Positions 1 through 13,390 of a stretch of 64,000 bases of DNA are shown here, one piece after another. Under the pieces are notes generated by a model, which worked only from the letters and a program-made list of their open reading frames with translations, was not told the DNA's origin and did no database searches. The DNA lies in assembly GCA_951406725.2 (NCBI GenBank), contig OX597825.1, positions 38,626,001 to 38,690,000 of the forward strand, read 5' to 3'. The first letter of the stretch is position 1. Every line of letters begins with the position of its first letter. The position numbers and the translations under genes were made by a program. This DNA comes from Octopus vulgaris (Eukaryota).

Positions 1-44
1 GGCATTCTGATGAAATTTGAAACTGGTATTTATTTGTGATATAA

Positions 45-253
45 GGTGGCGAGCTGGCCGAAACCTTACCATACCTGGCAAAATACTAAGCAGTATTTCG
101 TGCGTCGCTTCGTACTGAGTTCAAATTCAGCAACGGTCAAATTTGCCTTTCCTTCTTTCGAGTCGTTAACTTAAAACTTGAAATCTTGACTTGACTTAAC
201 TCACTTATACCCTCCCTAGAAATTGTTGGCGTTGTTCCGAAATTTGAAATCAA
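45..253 (+). mobile_element. tRNA-derived SINE, family A (diverged copy)
   Basis: GGTGGCGAGCTGGC head, GAGTTCAAATTC B-box, TTTGCCTTTCCTTCTTTCGAGTCG central domain; homologous to copies at 35868, 55663 and 62172. Confidence 0.8.
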
Positions 254-1735
254 ATATACATTTCTTATATTGTTAGAGGGACATGCATTTCTCTTGAGTG
301 TTCATGCGATTAAAGCAGATAATTTAAGACAGGCTCTTTTTATCGAACCAAAAATAATGAATGGTAAATCTATGTCGAACCGAGTGTGTTTTTCACTATT
401 ACAGGTTTGATGAATTAAGTTGCGGTCTAATATTCTGGTCGATTTAAAAGGCGCCATTCATCTAATTTGTCTGGCTCTGTAACAATAAAAAACAAAGCTT
501 CATTATTAAAAACTTTTTTGCCACACTGTACAACGCCTGTCGAGCTATTATGTATGAGTTAGAGAAAGACAAAGCAACTAAATGCTTTGAACTCGGTTTG
601 TGCTACATATTTCGTAGAATATTGAACATTTCTATACATCACAAATATACGTTGTTTAACTATATGATTTGTTATATACCCGGTATTAAATTTAATAAAA
701 TTTGTTAATGTTGTATTTTACATAAAAACGTAATACAAACGCAATGCTACATGTAAGCATAAACTTAGAATTGAATAATTGGATGCATAATGTTATATTA
801 AATATTGATTTGTAAGTGGTTATATATATTAAATTACTAAGTAGCTTATGAATATATTTTTAAATATATTGAGAAAACAACTGTTTATCGTATGCGGCGT
901 AAATTTGCAATTATCCTGGAAACGTACACACTATGAGAGAATCCATCAAAGAAAGTGTACACAAGAAGTCAGTAAAAACTTCTAGGGATTATGGTGCCCT
1001 AAAAAGTTTCCTAGGATTGTTTTTTCTTATGTAGTTGGTTTTATTTTTTTTATAACAGAATAGTTTTCGTTTTAAGCTGTTATAACTTTCCACTTCCGAT
1101 ATGTTGATTTTTGTGCATATTTACATTAAAAGATTTTTATTGAAATATTTTATCCTGGAATACCCAAATGTAAATAAATATTATAGACATCTGTTTGTCT
1201 CAGAGTGCGATTATTGGTCGATTTTCCTGAATTATGTGGTCTATGTTAACTGATAAATCACAATGTACGGTTACATTAACTATTTTTAACACAAGTTCTG
1301 GTCAGAGAGCATGTCATTTCGTGTCCTTTTTATTTCGTTATAGATGTGTGTTGCATATTTGCTACCGTATGCTTTGGCTATAGTCGAAAGTTTGAAATGG
1401 CATAATCTGTTGTTCATACAATTAGTCGCATAAACTAAATTTGGGGATCTTCACCGTTTTTAATAAATTCATGTAAACAAGTTTTAATAAGAGCATCAAT
1501 AAGAATTTATTGTAACTATGATTTCTCACTGTGGAATGTCAAGAATTAGTTGTATCAAACTAAAAGCATGGAAAATTTCGGTAATTCTTTCATTCCATGT
1601 AAGATATAAATTTTTCTTACCTGAATTACAAAGTTACACATGTAGAAAAGGTATGCATAACATCTTTTATCTATAATATTTCTGACAAAGATTTAAAGCA
1701 TAATTAAAAATTTGCTGCTGCTGAATTTTATTGCT

Positions 1736-1830
1736 TAGGTGCAGTTTATCCACGCCTATGTTCTGAGTTCAAATTCCATCGAAATTGACTTTCCATTTCC
1801 TCCTTTAGTGTTCCATGAAATAAGTATCAG
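1736..1830 (+). mobile_element. SINE family A fragment
   Basis: GTTCTGAGTTCAAATTCC...GACTTTCCATTTCCTCCTTT...AAATAAGTATCAG matches the family A body. Confidence 0.65.
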
Positions 1831-1896
1831 GAAGCGTGCCTATATTTGTAAGGATTATATGTGCGTGTGTGTATTCATGTATGTTTGTGTTTATAT

Positions 1897-1935
<39 letters not shown>

Positions 1936-3057
1936 GTGTTTGTGTGCGTAGAGAGAGAGAAAGTGATGTATCTATATATATATACATGCATACATAGTGA
2001 CATTTATGCATATACATGCATTTCTTTGTGAAAAAGATTTTGAATACAAGAGTTAAAGTGAATTTAGTTTCTTCAAACTTTTTTTTCTATCAAGTGCTTG
2101 TTTCAACTTAGTGAAGAATTGTCTTATGTTCATCGTATTTACAGTAGATTTTGCTAGCTTTTTCACAGACAAAATAAATGGTAGAAAAGTGTTTATCAAT
2201 TAATTAGAAAGTATTTGTACACACTGACCACCTTGACTCCCTTTGTATGATATACGTCGACAGAAAACGTAATATATTTAGACTGCAGTCGAAATTGTTG
2301 GATATGTTCCATATCAAAGATTTGGCTTCTCTTCCGAAATATACGTCTGTATCTTTCTTTTGTTTAATGGGATATTTATTTTCTTTCAGTGTTTGGTTGA
2401 CTGCTAGCGGATATCTGATGTTGCGGCAAGTATAAACAAGCAGCGACATATCTCTCCATACTAAAGAATACCTAAAGCGATGATACATATCTTGAACTTT
2501 AATTCCGTGAGCGGTTTATTTCTATCGTCGATGGGTTTTGAAAAGACTTTAATATCACAACTAGCTGATCTCAGTGTAGATAACATCAATTGAATCTAAG
2601 AAGAAATATATAACTTTTTATGAGATAGAACAAGTGCTATTCGGAATGAGATGAAATTAAAATCAGTTAATTTCAAAATCATAAAAAAATGCAGACTTTC
2701 TATTCCTTTTCCTTACAATATTCTATACAGCAGTAATTCTCGCTCGAGAGAATATGTTATGGGGATCAAGACAATTACGTGCAAGCTATGTGTTTCAGTG
2801 TTGGATATCAGTTATTTTATTTTTAGGCAAATGATATACTATGTAGAAATGTCCACGGAACAGCGATTCTAATTCTGCCATAGTCCCAAATTACTATCTA
2901 TTAAAACACAAAACTTTCACGAAAGTCATTACTGAAATATATCCGGGATGTTTCGAAATATACTGATTCCTTATGGGTGAAGCTGAAATTACACAGATCT
3001 GTCAGATACGGAGTACGGTTTCTAGATTTTAGCAATGTTGTTTTAACTCAGTCATAT

Positions 3058-3117
<60 letters not shown>

Positions 3118-3175
3118 CATAGATATGCAGTTTTCTTTCTCCGTCTTCCCTTCCTTGGACCTTTCCTTTTTCTAT

Positions 3176-3210
3176 ATTTCTGACGAAGAGCTCCGCTCGA
3201 AACGTTGAAT
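3176..3210 (+). ncRNA. minimal type I hammerhead ribozyme-like motif
   Basis: ATTT-CTGACGA-A-GAGC(TCC)GCTC-GAAA-CG-TT-GAAT: core, 4-bp stem II, palindromic AACGTT in place of stem III, weak 4-bp stem I. Confidence 0.55.
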
Positions 3211-3343
3211 CCTCTTTCTTTCTTTCCTTTCCTGAGCGTCCAATAACACTATACATGTTCCATGTCCTCGCATTGTTGCATTTTCTCATTGTTCATGTTT
3301 GTATTAATTTTCTCTCTCTCTGTCTCTGTCTCTCTCTCTCTCT

Positions 3344-3383
<40 letters not shown>

Positions 3384-3480
3384 ATAAAACTGTAAGACAA
3401 CAAAAGAAAGAGACCTCGATATTATGTAAATAGAGGAATTTATCTGTAAATGTATTATGTGACAATTATTCGGTAGCCAT

Positions 3481-3541
3481 GATAAAACTCGGTGTTTCGG
3501 ATGCCGACGTGGAAATCCACGCCACCATCTCTTCAGTTATC
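3481..3541 (-). ncRNA. type I hammerhead ribozyme-like motif with long stem II
   Basis: Minus strand GATAA-CTGAAGA-GATGGTGGCGTGGA(TT)TCCACGTCGGCATC-C-GAAA-CACCGAG-TT-TTATC; stem I GATAA/TTATC, 13 of 14 positions paired in stem II. Confidence 0.65.
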
Positions 3542-3543
3542 CG

Positions 3544-3575
<32 letters not shown>

Positions 3576-3579
<4 letters not shown>

Positions 3580-3686
3580 CGCGACCGACCAGGCTATCAG
3601 ATGTTGTTACACATCGCTGGTCACAATGCGCTTCGCATTGCTTTAGCCTTCAAATGACGCCGCCCCGCTGGCTAAGCGAGCAGGCG
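3576..3686 (-). mobile_element. SINE family C, 3' fragment
   Basis: Reverse complement of the 3' part of the SINE at 59170-59468 (CTTAGCCAGCGGGG...GCGCATTGTGACCAGCGATGTG...). Confidence 0.8.
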
Positions 3687-4532
3687 AATATATATATATA
3701 AATACAGAACAGTGTATGAGATAGTAAAGAGAATTTTCATAGCTGTCATCGGCTAATTCAATTTTCCCGAATGCTTAAAATTAAAACAAGAACAATTATA
3801 CCTCTAGGCCTGCATTAAATGAAAATTAAACATGTTTTATCGGTTCACAGGATTTAAAAATTGTTAAATTGAGTGAGAATAAAAAATACAGAGAAATAAA
3901 AGGTTACAGCGTTTAATTACATCCCCTTGGAATCTGCGTGCAGCTAACTCAGAGATCGAATTTGCTTTTTTTACTTCTAGAACGATGAAATAAGAACTGA
4001 TCAACGGTTGAGATCGACTCATTCAACTGGACCTCATTTCATAAGTATGTGTGCGTGTGCGTGTCCGCGTATATATTTTTGTGTGTGCATATCTTAAAAT
4101 ATAATGTCAGAAATAAATGTTGCTTTCAAGATTTGGACAGCAATTTCGGGGAAAGATATAAGGCGATTAGACAGACCCCAGTCCTATTTTAAAGACATCA
4201 GCATAGCTGGGAACAGAACCCAAACTGAAACGAAACCATACTTTAAATTACGTATCAAAGAACAAAATAATTCCTTATTTACAAGTGTAAAATTATTTTA
4301 TTTCAGTGGCATTCAGACAATTATTTTGGTTTAAACGAGAATCGACACCGGATCGTTGTGTTGTTCCTTAAAGAATCCTTACATCATCATTCTGAAAAAA
4401 TATATATATTGTGAATCTATAACTACAACTTCATAACTATTTATTATAACATTTTTTACCCGTTCCGACACAGATTGCCCCGGAGGTGGGATGAAAAAGC
4501 AGACTGATGAACAACAAACTTGTATACTACTA

Positions 4533-4562
4533 ATACTAGTACTACTACTACTGCTGCTGCTG

Positions 4563-4618
<56 letters not shown>

Positions 4619-4626
4619 GCTACTAC
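4533..4626. repeat. (TAC)n/(TGC)n microsatellite
   Basis: Direct reading. Confidence 0.95.
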
Positions 4627-5320
4627 ATTCTTTGATTCGTCTTTCTCGTTTGTAATTTTAGTTTGCAGGGGAAGAGTAGAGTAGAAGTAATTTTTTCCAT
4701 AGTTAACTATCTACAGTTATATATTACAATGAATCATAGAGTAGAAAATATATTAACAATTATGAAAATTGTTATCCGAAAAATGAAAGAGTTCCAATAA
4801 TGAAGAAACGAACAATAGAGACTAATGAGCAGACATCAATCTGTCCTTGTTGTATGAATTGGTCGCAGCCATCAGAGTGTATTGAAGTAAATATCAGAAA
4901 CAACAAACAGATCTAGAATTGTAATGAGACTAATAAATTGGTCATATCTGATAGGATTTCATCTCATTAAACAGACTTTTTAAAGAGTTTTTAAATGAAT
5001 TTCAGCTGTAGAAATGTTTCTCTCCATTAGAATGATTACCCACATACAATATGTCAAATAATACACTAAATAAACATAAAAAAATTTACATGATAATTAC
5101 TATATCGAGAAATGTTATAATCATCACCACCATCGTTGTCGTAATCGTTATCATCGTCACCATCATCATCATCATCAACTTTACTATTATCGATTATAAT
5201 TTATCTGAATTTATTTAAAAATTTTATAACAATTCAAAGTGACAATCAAATAGATTCTGACACACGGATACACATATATACGCATACATACTTATATTTC
5301 ATCTTCCGTCTTTCATTTGC

Positions 5321-5363
<43 letters not shown>

Positions 5364-5411
5364 GCATGAGCACATTATATTATAAATAAATACACACACA
5401 CACACACACAA

Positions 5412-5483
<72 letters not shown>

Positions 5484-6812
5484 GTGTGTGTGTGTCTGTA
5501 AAAACTTATATCACGCATATATTAACGTGTACATACCCATGTGCGCATATATATATCCATGCCTGTGTTTGTATTTGTGTGAATATGTTCTCGACCGCGC
5601 GTATGCCTGTGCTTGTAGACATAAATACGAACGAGGCATTCGGAAGTTCGCATCGAGACCGTAAACATTCCATGTGTAATTCTTTGGCGTGGCATCATTA
5701 GCAAATACTATATTCGAACCCTCTTACATGCGAACTATTTTGAGTGAAATTACTAATCAAGGATTTCGATTAATCCGGTCACCATAGTCTACTCCTGAAT
5801 TAAATCCTCTCACTTCATAGGTTATTCCTAGATTATTCCCTACGTTAAGGATAGAGGCAATTCAGTAATTTTTAACCACAAATTAGCTAATTAAATGGAT
5901 AAGCAGAGGCAGTTCAGCTATATAGAGCAACATGAATGTATAACGGTCAAACCGACGCACATTCCACTTCTTTTATTCAATACCGATACATACATTTTTA
6001 TGAGTTTGATACGTATTAATGTACGTATGTATATGTATGTATATACGTATGTATATGTGCATGTTTGTACGCTTGTACGTCTTTGGATAAGAAGGTACAT
6101 AATTGTGGAAGATACATAAAATCTAATAAATATATAAATATTGTTAACTATTCATTTTATTCTAGTATGTATACAAGATATATCTTGAGAAAAACTAACT
6201 ACTCAGAAGAAAGTACTACTTAAAATCTTTTTATGTTTAAATGATTATACAAATATTCCTTATTTCATAACATCTAAAGTCAGAATCACGATAAAATGTT
6301 ATATTAATCTGGGAATCTTAGCAGTAAAATCTTGAAATTATAATTACAACTGTTTGTTTATATATATTTATTTGTTTCCAAATAATTTAGCATTAAACAC
6401 CAAGAAACGTAGTGGTTCTGAAATATATCCTGTTATTTTCGATGGTGTAATATATCTTTGTCAATATATTGTGTTTTGCAGTCAACCACTTTGTTTTTGC
6501 ATATTTTTGTCAGCGTTAAATCGATTGTAAACACTTGAGACAGTAATATAAAAAGAACACAAACAGAAAAAAATGTACATAAACAAATATTCTGACGCTT
6601 GTATGGCCAACTGAATGAACAAAGTTCGCTTCGCATCCAGGTGATTTTTCTATAGGTTTTGAAGTACGGTACATTGAAAGAGAACATCTAGTTTTTATTT
6701 CCGCGAATCCTTTCATAATCTGTGGGTAGATAATATGCATACATGCATAAAAACATACATACATGAATGCACATCGCATACATACACAGCGCATGCGCAC
6801 ACACATACACAC

Positions 6813-7306
6813 ATCCTCAAAGACATACAGCATCTCGAAAGAGTCCAGAAGCTGGCTACCCGCATGGTTCATGGTCTCAAAAATTTGTCCTACGAAGAAA
6901 GGCTGAGGACGCTCGACCTTTATTCTCTTGAAAAACGCCGCCGCCGTGGTGATCTCATTCTCGCCCACAACATCATAAGCGGAAAGTGTAACCTCTCGAA
7001 AGAGCTGTTCTTCACTCCTGCTCCAGAGCGTCGGCTGCGGGGTCATTCCGAAAAGCTCTACCTGCGACGATTTCATCTCAATCGAAGGAGAGGAGCTTTC
7101 TCCGTCCGGGTTGCGGATCCGTGGAACAAGCTGCCAGACGAGATGGTGAAGATGCCGACGACTGCTTTGTTCAAAGCCTCCCTTGACCTCAAGTGGCCTG
7201 AACTCTTTACATGAACACCACCCTGTACTTAACTCCATGTCCCCCTACATGGCCTTGCTATTTGCTTTTGAGCCAAATTAACTAACTAACTAACTAACTA
7301 ACTAAC
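6813..7306 (+). mobile_element. 5'-truncated CR1-type LINE: ORF2 C-terminus, 3'UTR and (AACT)n tail
   Basis: Uninterrupted frame LKDIQHLERVQKLATRMVHGLKNLSYEERLRTLDLYSLEKRRRRGDLI...FSVRVADPWNKLP...FKASLD to stop at 7214, typical of the CR1/L2-group post-RT region; tail 7279-7306; sits in a (CA)-rich tract. Confidence 0.92.
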
Positions 7307-7853
7307 ACACACACTCGCACACACACACATACTTATATATGAATTGATCAATCCAAATACGAAACATTTTAATTCACAATTATTACAGAACCCAATGTTT
7401 AGTACTGATTTTAAGCAATGATTTTATCATGCTCTCAGAACGTACAGCACATTTAATGGTAAAGTGAATAGTTGCTAAACATCAACATGATATTGCACAC
7501 ATAATTGTGTGCGCTTGTAGTTACGTTACCACCAGTCTAAATTCAGTAACTGCTTATGAATCCCTACCATTGATATGCGTAAATTCTCCTAATTGAGAAA
7601 GATATCAATTCCTATATGAAAACGTACATATATATGATACGATTTAAACTTGAAAGCCCTGGTGCTACAAGGCGTAGGCCAGTAACTAACTATTGTAAGA
7701 GAATATTAATAGAAATCAATAATAACAGGGTTCAAATGGTTTCGACCAAGAAATCATCATAATCAATAACTTCTAAGTCAAGCTCACATCCACATCTGTA
7801 TTTTTGAGGAGATTTATTTAATGAAAATAAGTAATGAATAATGTTTCCTCCCC

Positions 7854-7908
7854 TCCTCCTCCTGCTACTACCACTGCTATTACTACTATTAATACCGCTG
7901 CTGCTGCA

Positions 7909-7966
<58 letters not shown>

Positions 7967-7969
7967 ATG

Positions 7970-8012
<43 letters not shown>

Positions 8013-8013
8013 A

Positions 8014-8056
<43 letters not shown>

Positions 8057-8073
8057 ATAATAATAATAATCAT
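7854..8073. repeat. (CCT)/(TAC)n/(TAA)n compound microsatellite
   Basis: Direct reading; explains the poly-S/T/L ORFs. Confidence 0.95.
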
Positions 8074-9279
8074 CATTCCTATGATTAATGTTGACTTCAA
8101 ATTTGCAGCTGCAGCAGCAACACTGGTAGTAGTAGTAGTAGTAGTATCTCATATATAACTAGCTATCTATCTGTCTGTCTCTCTGTTTCTGTCTTTCTAA
8201 CTATATAGATTAGGTACAAGATCTATCGGAATCTAGACATGTCAACACAGGACACCAGAAACTATTAGGTACAAGAACTTACCCTGCACCTAGAGCCAGT
8301 CAGATCTATTGTTTTCGGTGCTTACATATTTATAGCATCCAAGCAATACCTGATACGTTCATGATTGTTTAACTGAGTATGGATCCTGTATTATCGTAAC
8401 CTGTTCTGGCATTCTAATTTTTGATGTGCCTAAATTGTAATGACTCTTATAACTAAGATATATGTAAACACTTCGGGACGCAATCTAGGCGCTATTGGAC
8501 ATTCGTGTAGCAAATGACATGGTCAAAAATTCAAAGAAAAAGGAAACAAATGACACTATATTTCGGTAGCTGCGATACAAATAAAAAGTAATCAGTAACT
8601 TAGATTTTGATAATTTTTAAAACTGTTTCGTAGGCAGATGCTTATCCAAGCTTCGAATTTCCGCTCTCTTACTGTATCCTCAGATCGTGTTAGAATAAGC
8701 AAGAGAATAAAATCAATGGAAATCATGCGCATTATTTTATTACGATGCCGAATAATAGAGAATTCTGATTGTCACGGATATATAATACAGCAGATACTAT
8801 CTAATTGATTTGCTGAAGAAGGAATGGGTTACAATATGATATTAGAATATAATATTGCGCTTCAATAGAACAGCGGCATTGTTACCTATTCACCGGTTAT
8901 TTAATGGCATCAGATATAAAAGGGGTATTCATTCCTTAAGATGGCAAATCGGGAGCGGAAATGATATTTGTAAAGATTTTATCACTTGGCATATTTCCCA
9001 ATATGGATATTATCAGAAAACAACAAAACAAATCGCAATGCCTACGCAATGATGTTGCAAAGAAAATATTAAGAAATTCTGTGGTTAAAACTGTTGGGTG
9101 CATTTATTATAATGGCAGTTACCAATTAGGATAGCAGTTAAAGTACGTGAAATAATATTTACATAGAAACGAAATGATAATGAAATGCACATACACATAG
9201 ACGCGTATGTACACACACTCATATAAATATATATTTCTATATATTTATATCTTTATGCAAATCTATATATAGCTATATT

Positions 9280-9324
<45 letters not shown>

Positions 9325-9586
9325 ATCTATCTATCTGTCTGTATATATATAAACACATATATGCATATATATATGCATCTATGCATGTATGTCTAACACA
9401 CAGACACATATATACGCATATGATATAATACAATATATATCATGTTGTTCGTTCTAAGAGAGTACAGAAATGCACTCTGCATGGAGCTGAGTATAGTAAA
9501 TAATTTATTTAATAATTTATTTTGATTGCCACGTTCTATTATTTTCTCCATTCAATCGTATATACATATATACATCCATTCATATA

Positions 9587-9712
<126 letters not shown>

Positions 9713-9847
9713 AGTTAATGTTTCACGCTCTGAATAAATTTATTCGTTGTTCATCCAACATGTACAATTTTGTGATTCCTATTAGTAAGTGAAACATGTA
9801 TAATGGTTAATGAATAATACCAAAATGTTTCCACATTCCTCTTTGTC

Positions 9848-9879
<32 letters not shown>

Positions 9880-11304
9880 ATATATGGAGAAAAGGGATTT
9901 TTCGCAAGGATAGATGTATAGAGATATTTTATGGAAAATGTAGATAGAAAATTTAAGTTAATACTTATATTTACTGAACCGATTTCCGTATTTCATTAAT
10001 TTCAAAATCAATTGTATACTAAAGACAAAAAAAAAATCACACCATCATTAGGCTCTTGCTCCATATGTTTGGAGATACATGCATGCAAGCATACATGCAT
10101 ATACATAAATGCTTACGTAATTATTTATGTGCGCGCATACATGTATACACGCGCGCGCACACTCATGCACACACATACACACATATATATATATGCTGAG
10201 ATAGCATAAGAGACAGTGATATTATGTGCATGGGAGAGAGAAAAGATGCAAAAATAGAGTGAGGAAGAGAGAGAAAAGATTATTCTGCATTATTCTCTTG
10301 ATAATTTCTACCAGGTAGTTTGATATTACCACATTCGGATGCTGAATAGTATTGATTTCTGTGACTTCCTACTTCTTGAGATATCAATCCTTCAGGCTAT
10401 CCGTCGTCTGAAGCTTTTCTTTCTCTTTGGTGTGTATTACGAACATTTTTCAAGTAACATTTATATATTGTGATCATTGTAAATATATCTAAATTCATCA
10501 ATATTGTATATAATAGAAATGGAATGTGTATGTAATGTAATATGCATTGTATTGTTTGTTATACAATATATTTTATAGTGAGGCTTGATAGATTGTTCAA
10601 CTTTACGTTATTCAGCAATTAGTAATCACAATATCACTTTCGCTTTCATATATATGTGTAAATTCCGTAAAGTATAACAAATACAATTAAACATATACTG
10701 TTATATGAATTTACACACACACACACACACACACATGCACACACAAATAGGCACACGCACACACATATTCTAGAAACCATCATTAAGTAAACGTTGGTGT
10801 CATTTTGATGTTAAAAACAAAGAGAAACCTATCATCGTAGGAATATTTATGGATAACGTAGTCATTAAATTTTACTAAAAATGTTCCTCCGCAGAAAATC
10901 CTCTATGTGTATGGCTTTGCCTTACATGTAGATAGTAGTTTTTGTACTTCTCGAAGTCACTTATTCTCACAGGTAATTTGATATTTTCCTTAGGAAATGT
11001 TTTTATATCAAAACACTATTGCTAAGTACAAATAATATAACATATAAAAATGTATTTGTTTTGCCATAAATCATATACTGTCACGTTTTTAACATTTCCG
11101 ATTAATTCTGCAGAAATTTGCAACAGTTAAGCATTGTTATGTCATTAACATTAAACTATTTTCATATATGAAACAGAGACTGTTCTCAGTTTTTTTCTAA
11201 TAACTGGAATCACGTCAGTATGGCCATATTCCAAAAACCATTTTGTATTCGTATTTTCTAACGATTATATAATTGAATATAAATTCAAGTGAGACGCACA
11301 AACT

Positions 11305-11450
11305 TAATCATCATCTTCAACATCATCATCATCAGAGCAGCATCGTCGACGTCGTCGTCGTCATAATGTACATCATCACCACCCCCGCCATCATCTACCA
11401 TCACCACAACCACCACGACCGCCATCATCATCACTACCACCACCACCACC

Positions 11451-11497
<47 letters not shown>

Positions 11498-11552
11498 TAT
11501 AATTATCATTATCATTATCATTATTATTACTATTATTATTATTATTATTATT
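11305..11552. repeat. (CAT)/(CAC)/(TAT)n compound microsatellite
   Basis: Direct reading; explains the poly-His ORF. Confidence 0.95.
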
Positions 11553-11946
11553 TTATTGCTTTTGCACAGTTTTTAACGCTGGCGATGTACTACAGTGTCA
11601 AATGTATTGACGGGCTAGCAATACTGTCATGGGAGATTATAAAGCAAATATTATAAATGGGCTATAACTACTTGGGGATATTGAAAAGGGATAAATTACA
11701 GAAATATATAAGTTGGAGTACCTGCGCAGACTGAGTCTGATCATATTTAAGTCGAAATTAAACGGACGACACTTTCACTCCTTAGAGTTAATCGCATGGA
11801 CACTAGACGAACTACACAGCTTAGACAGAAAGATAAGTTGCTGACTAGATATGGGATACTCCACCCAAAAAGTGACAGAGATAGAGTGTATGTACCAAGA
11901 AAAACAGGGAGAAGAGGACTGATTGGATGCGAAAACAGCATTAGAG

Positions 11947-11948
<2 letters not shown>
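11553..11948 (+). mobile_element. R4/Dong-type non-LTR retrotransposon fragment (end of RT and thumb)
   Basis: GYNYLGILKRDKLQK (YxYLG motif), then with frameshifts LLTRYGILHPKSDRDRVYVPRKTGRRGLIGCENSIR (LHPKSDxDRLYxPRxxGGRGL signature). Confidence 0.85.
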
Positions 11949-12018
<70 letters not shown>

Positions 12019-12027
12019 GATTATTAT

Positions 12028-12395
12028 ATTTTTTTGTTTTGCTTTGTATGTGTATAAGTTTTTTTCCAGCTCTCAACCAGGGACTTCAAGAGACAACAAT
12101 TTGGAAATTCAAGTTGGTGTTATAATTAGGGTGCCATAGTTTTGGTTTTACACAGTGTATTGTTCTAGAGTACATCTGTCAAAATATAAGTGAGTTTGTT
12201 CTAAAACTAATTAGATTATACGATGATGGTATGATGTTAAGACGACAGTAAATGGTGTTTGCTGTTAAGTACATTTAAAAGTATTTTGACACTGTTTACA
12301 GGTTGAAATATCTAGGGGATTATATTGTAAACATTTTACGTAGGATATGGGCGGTTCCCATGAGCACTATTTATCGAATGCCTGCCTATTTGAGA

Positions 12396-12398
<3 letters not shown>
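12028..12398 (-). mobile_element. R4/Dong-type element 3' end (second 3'UTR type)
   Basis: Minus-strand IVLMGTAHILRKMF* ORF terminus followed by about 300 nt UTR running into a (TAA)n array. Confidence 0.7.
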
Positions 12399-12454
<56 letters not shown>

Positions 12455-12459
<5 letters not shown>

Positions 12460-12678
12460 TAGTTTTATTTTTATAGCGTGCATTCACTTCACTACCGAGC
12501 GCACCTCTGTATGCCTTGGGTATGTGATGTGATTTGTTGTGATGCTCTAATGGTTATTGTATGGAAAGTGTTCTGCGTAGGATTTGTGCAGTGCCTGGTA
12601 GTGCAATTTTCTGTATGTTATATGTGTTTGTAAGTCCTGATGTTTTTGTTATGTATTTATCTGAATATGTTTTATCTG

Positions 12679-12682
<4 letters not shown>
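12455..12682 (-). mobile_element. R4/Dong-type element 3' end with 3'UTR
   Basis: Minus-strand YSDKYITKTSGLTNTYNIQKIALPGTAQILRRTLSIQ*, then UTR ...GCTCGGTAGTGAAGTGAATGCACGCTATAAAAATAAAACTACTGAA(TAA)n; UTR recurs at 14293-14375. Confidence 0.85.
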
Positions 12683-12761
<79 letters not shown>

Positions 12762-13315
12762 GTGTGAGAGAGCAGTTCATGCCATCAAAGTGACACTAGG
12801 GTAAAATATACGAAGCCCAATATACCCATCATGACTACCCGTCTGATAAGGGTACACCAGGCACATGCATCACAACCATATGTGCGCGACATGGTGATCT
12901 CATATCAAGATAATCAGCACATGACCTTGCAGGTGGGGCCCAGTTAGAATTTTCGTCAGGTTGAGTAGCCCATCCCGCTCAAAAGGTCCTTGAATAAGGG
13001 TTATTTAAGGATGTTGAAAGAACCACCCATGTTTCCAGAGGTAAATTATTCAAACCCCAAAGAATTCCTCTCAACACATGGCTATGATGCTCTCCCACTA
13101 CTTCTGCTCGTGATCAGAGATGCACATATCGTCAGCCACTAAGGGACATGCTAAACTGATTAAGGTCAAACAACTGACAAGCAAATCTGTGGTATTGAGC
13201 AGAATATTTGCTGTAGCCCATCTTTTATACCAAGACAAAACAATGTACATGATAACACTTCCAATCAGTTAAGATCAGAAGCCATGAGAGCCACTGCCTG
13301 GTACTGCATCAGGGC

Positions 13316-13318
<3 letters not shown>
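12762..13318 (-). mobile_element. non-coding (TAA)n-tailed retroposon, copy 1
   Basis: Near-identical reverse complement of 27771-28222; embedded in (TAA)n on both sides; no ORF. Confidence 0.9.
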
Positions 13319-13387
<69 letters not shown>

Positions 13388-13390
13388 CAT

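Noticed and set aside
7-30. CTGATGA-AATTT-GAAA hammerhead-like string
   Set aside because: No stem I and essentially no stem II; it resembles the AAATTTGAAA SINE tail.
6516-7238. 240-aa minus-strand ORF
   Set aside because: Mostly the antisense shadow of the CR1 fragment plus a (TG)-rich tract.
8620-8690. Minus-strand CTGAGGA...CGAAACAGTT
   Set aside because: No convincing stem I or closing pair for stem II; at most a decayed relic.
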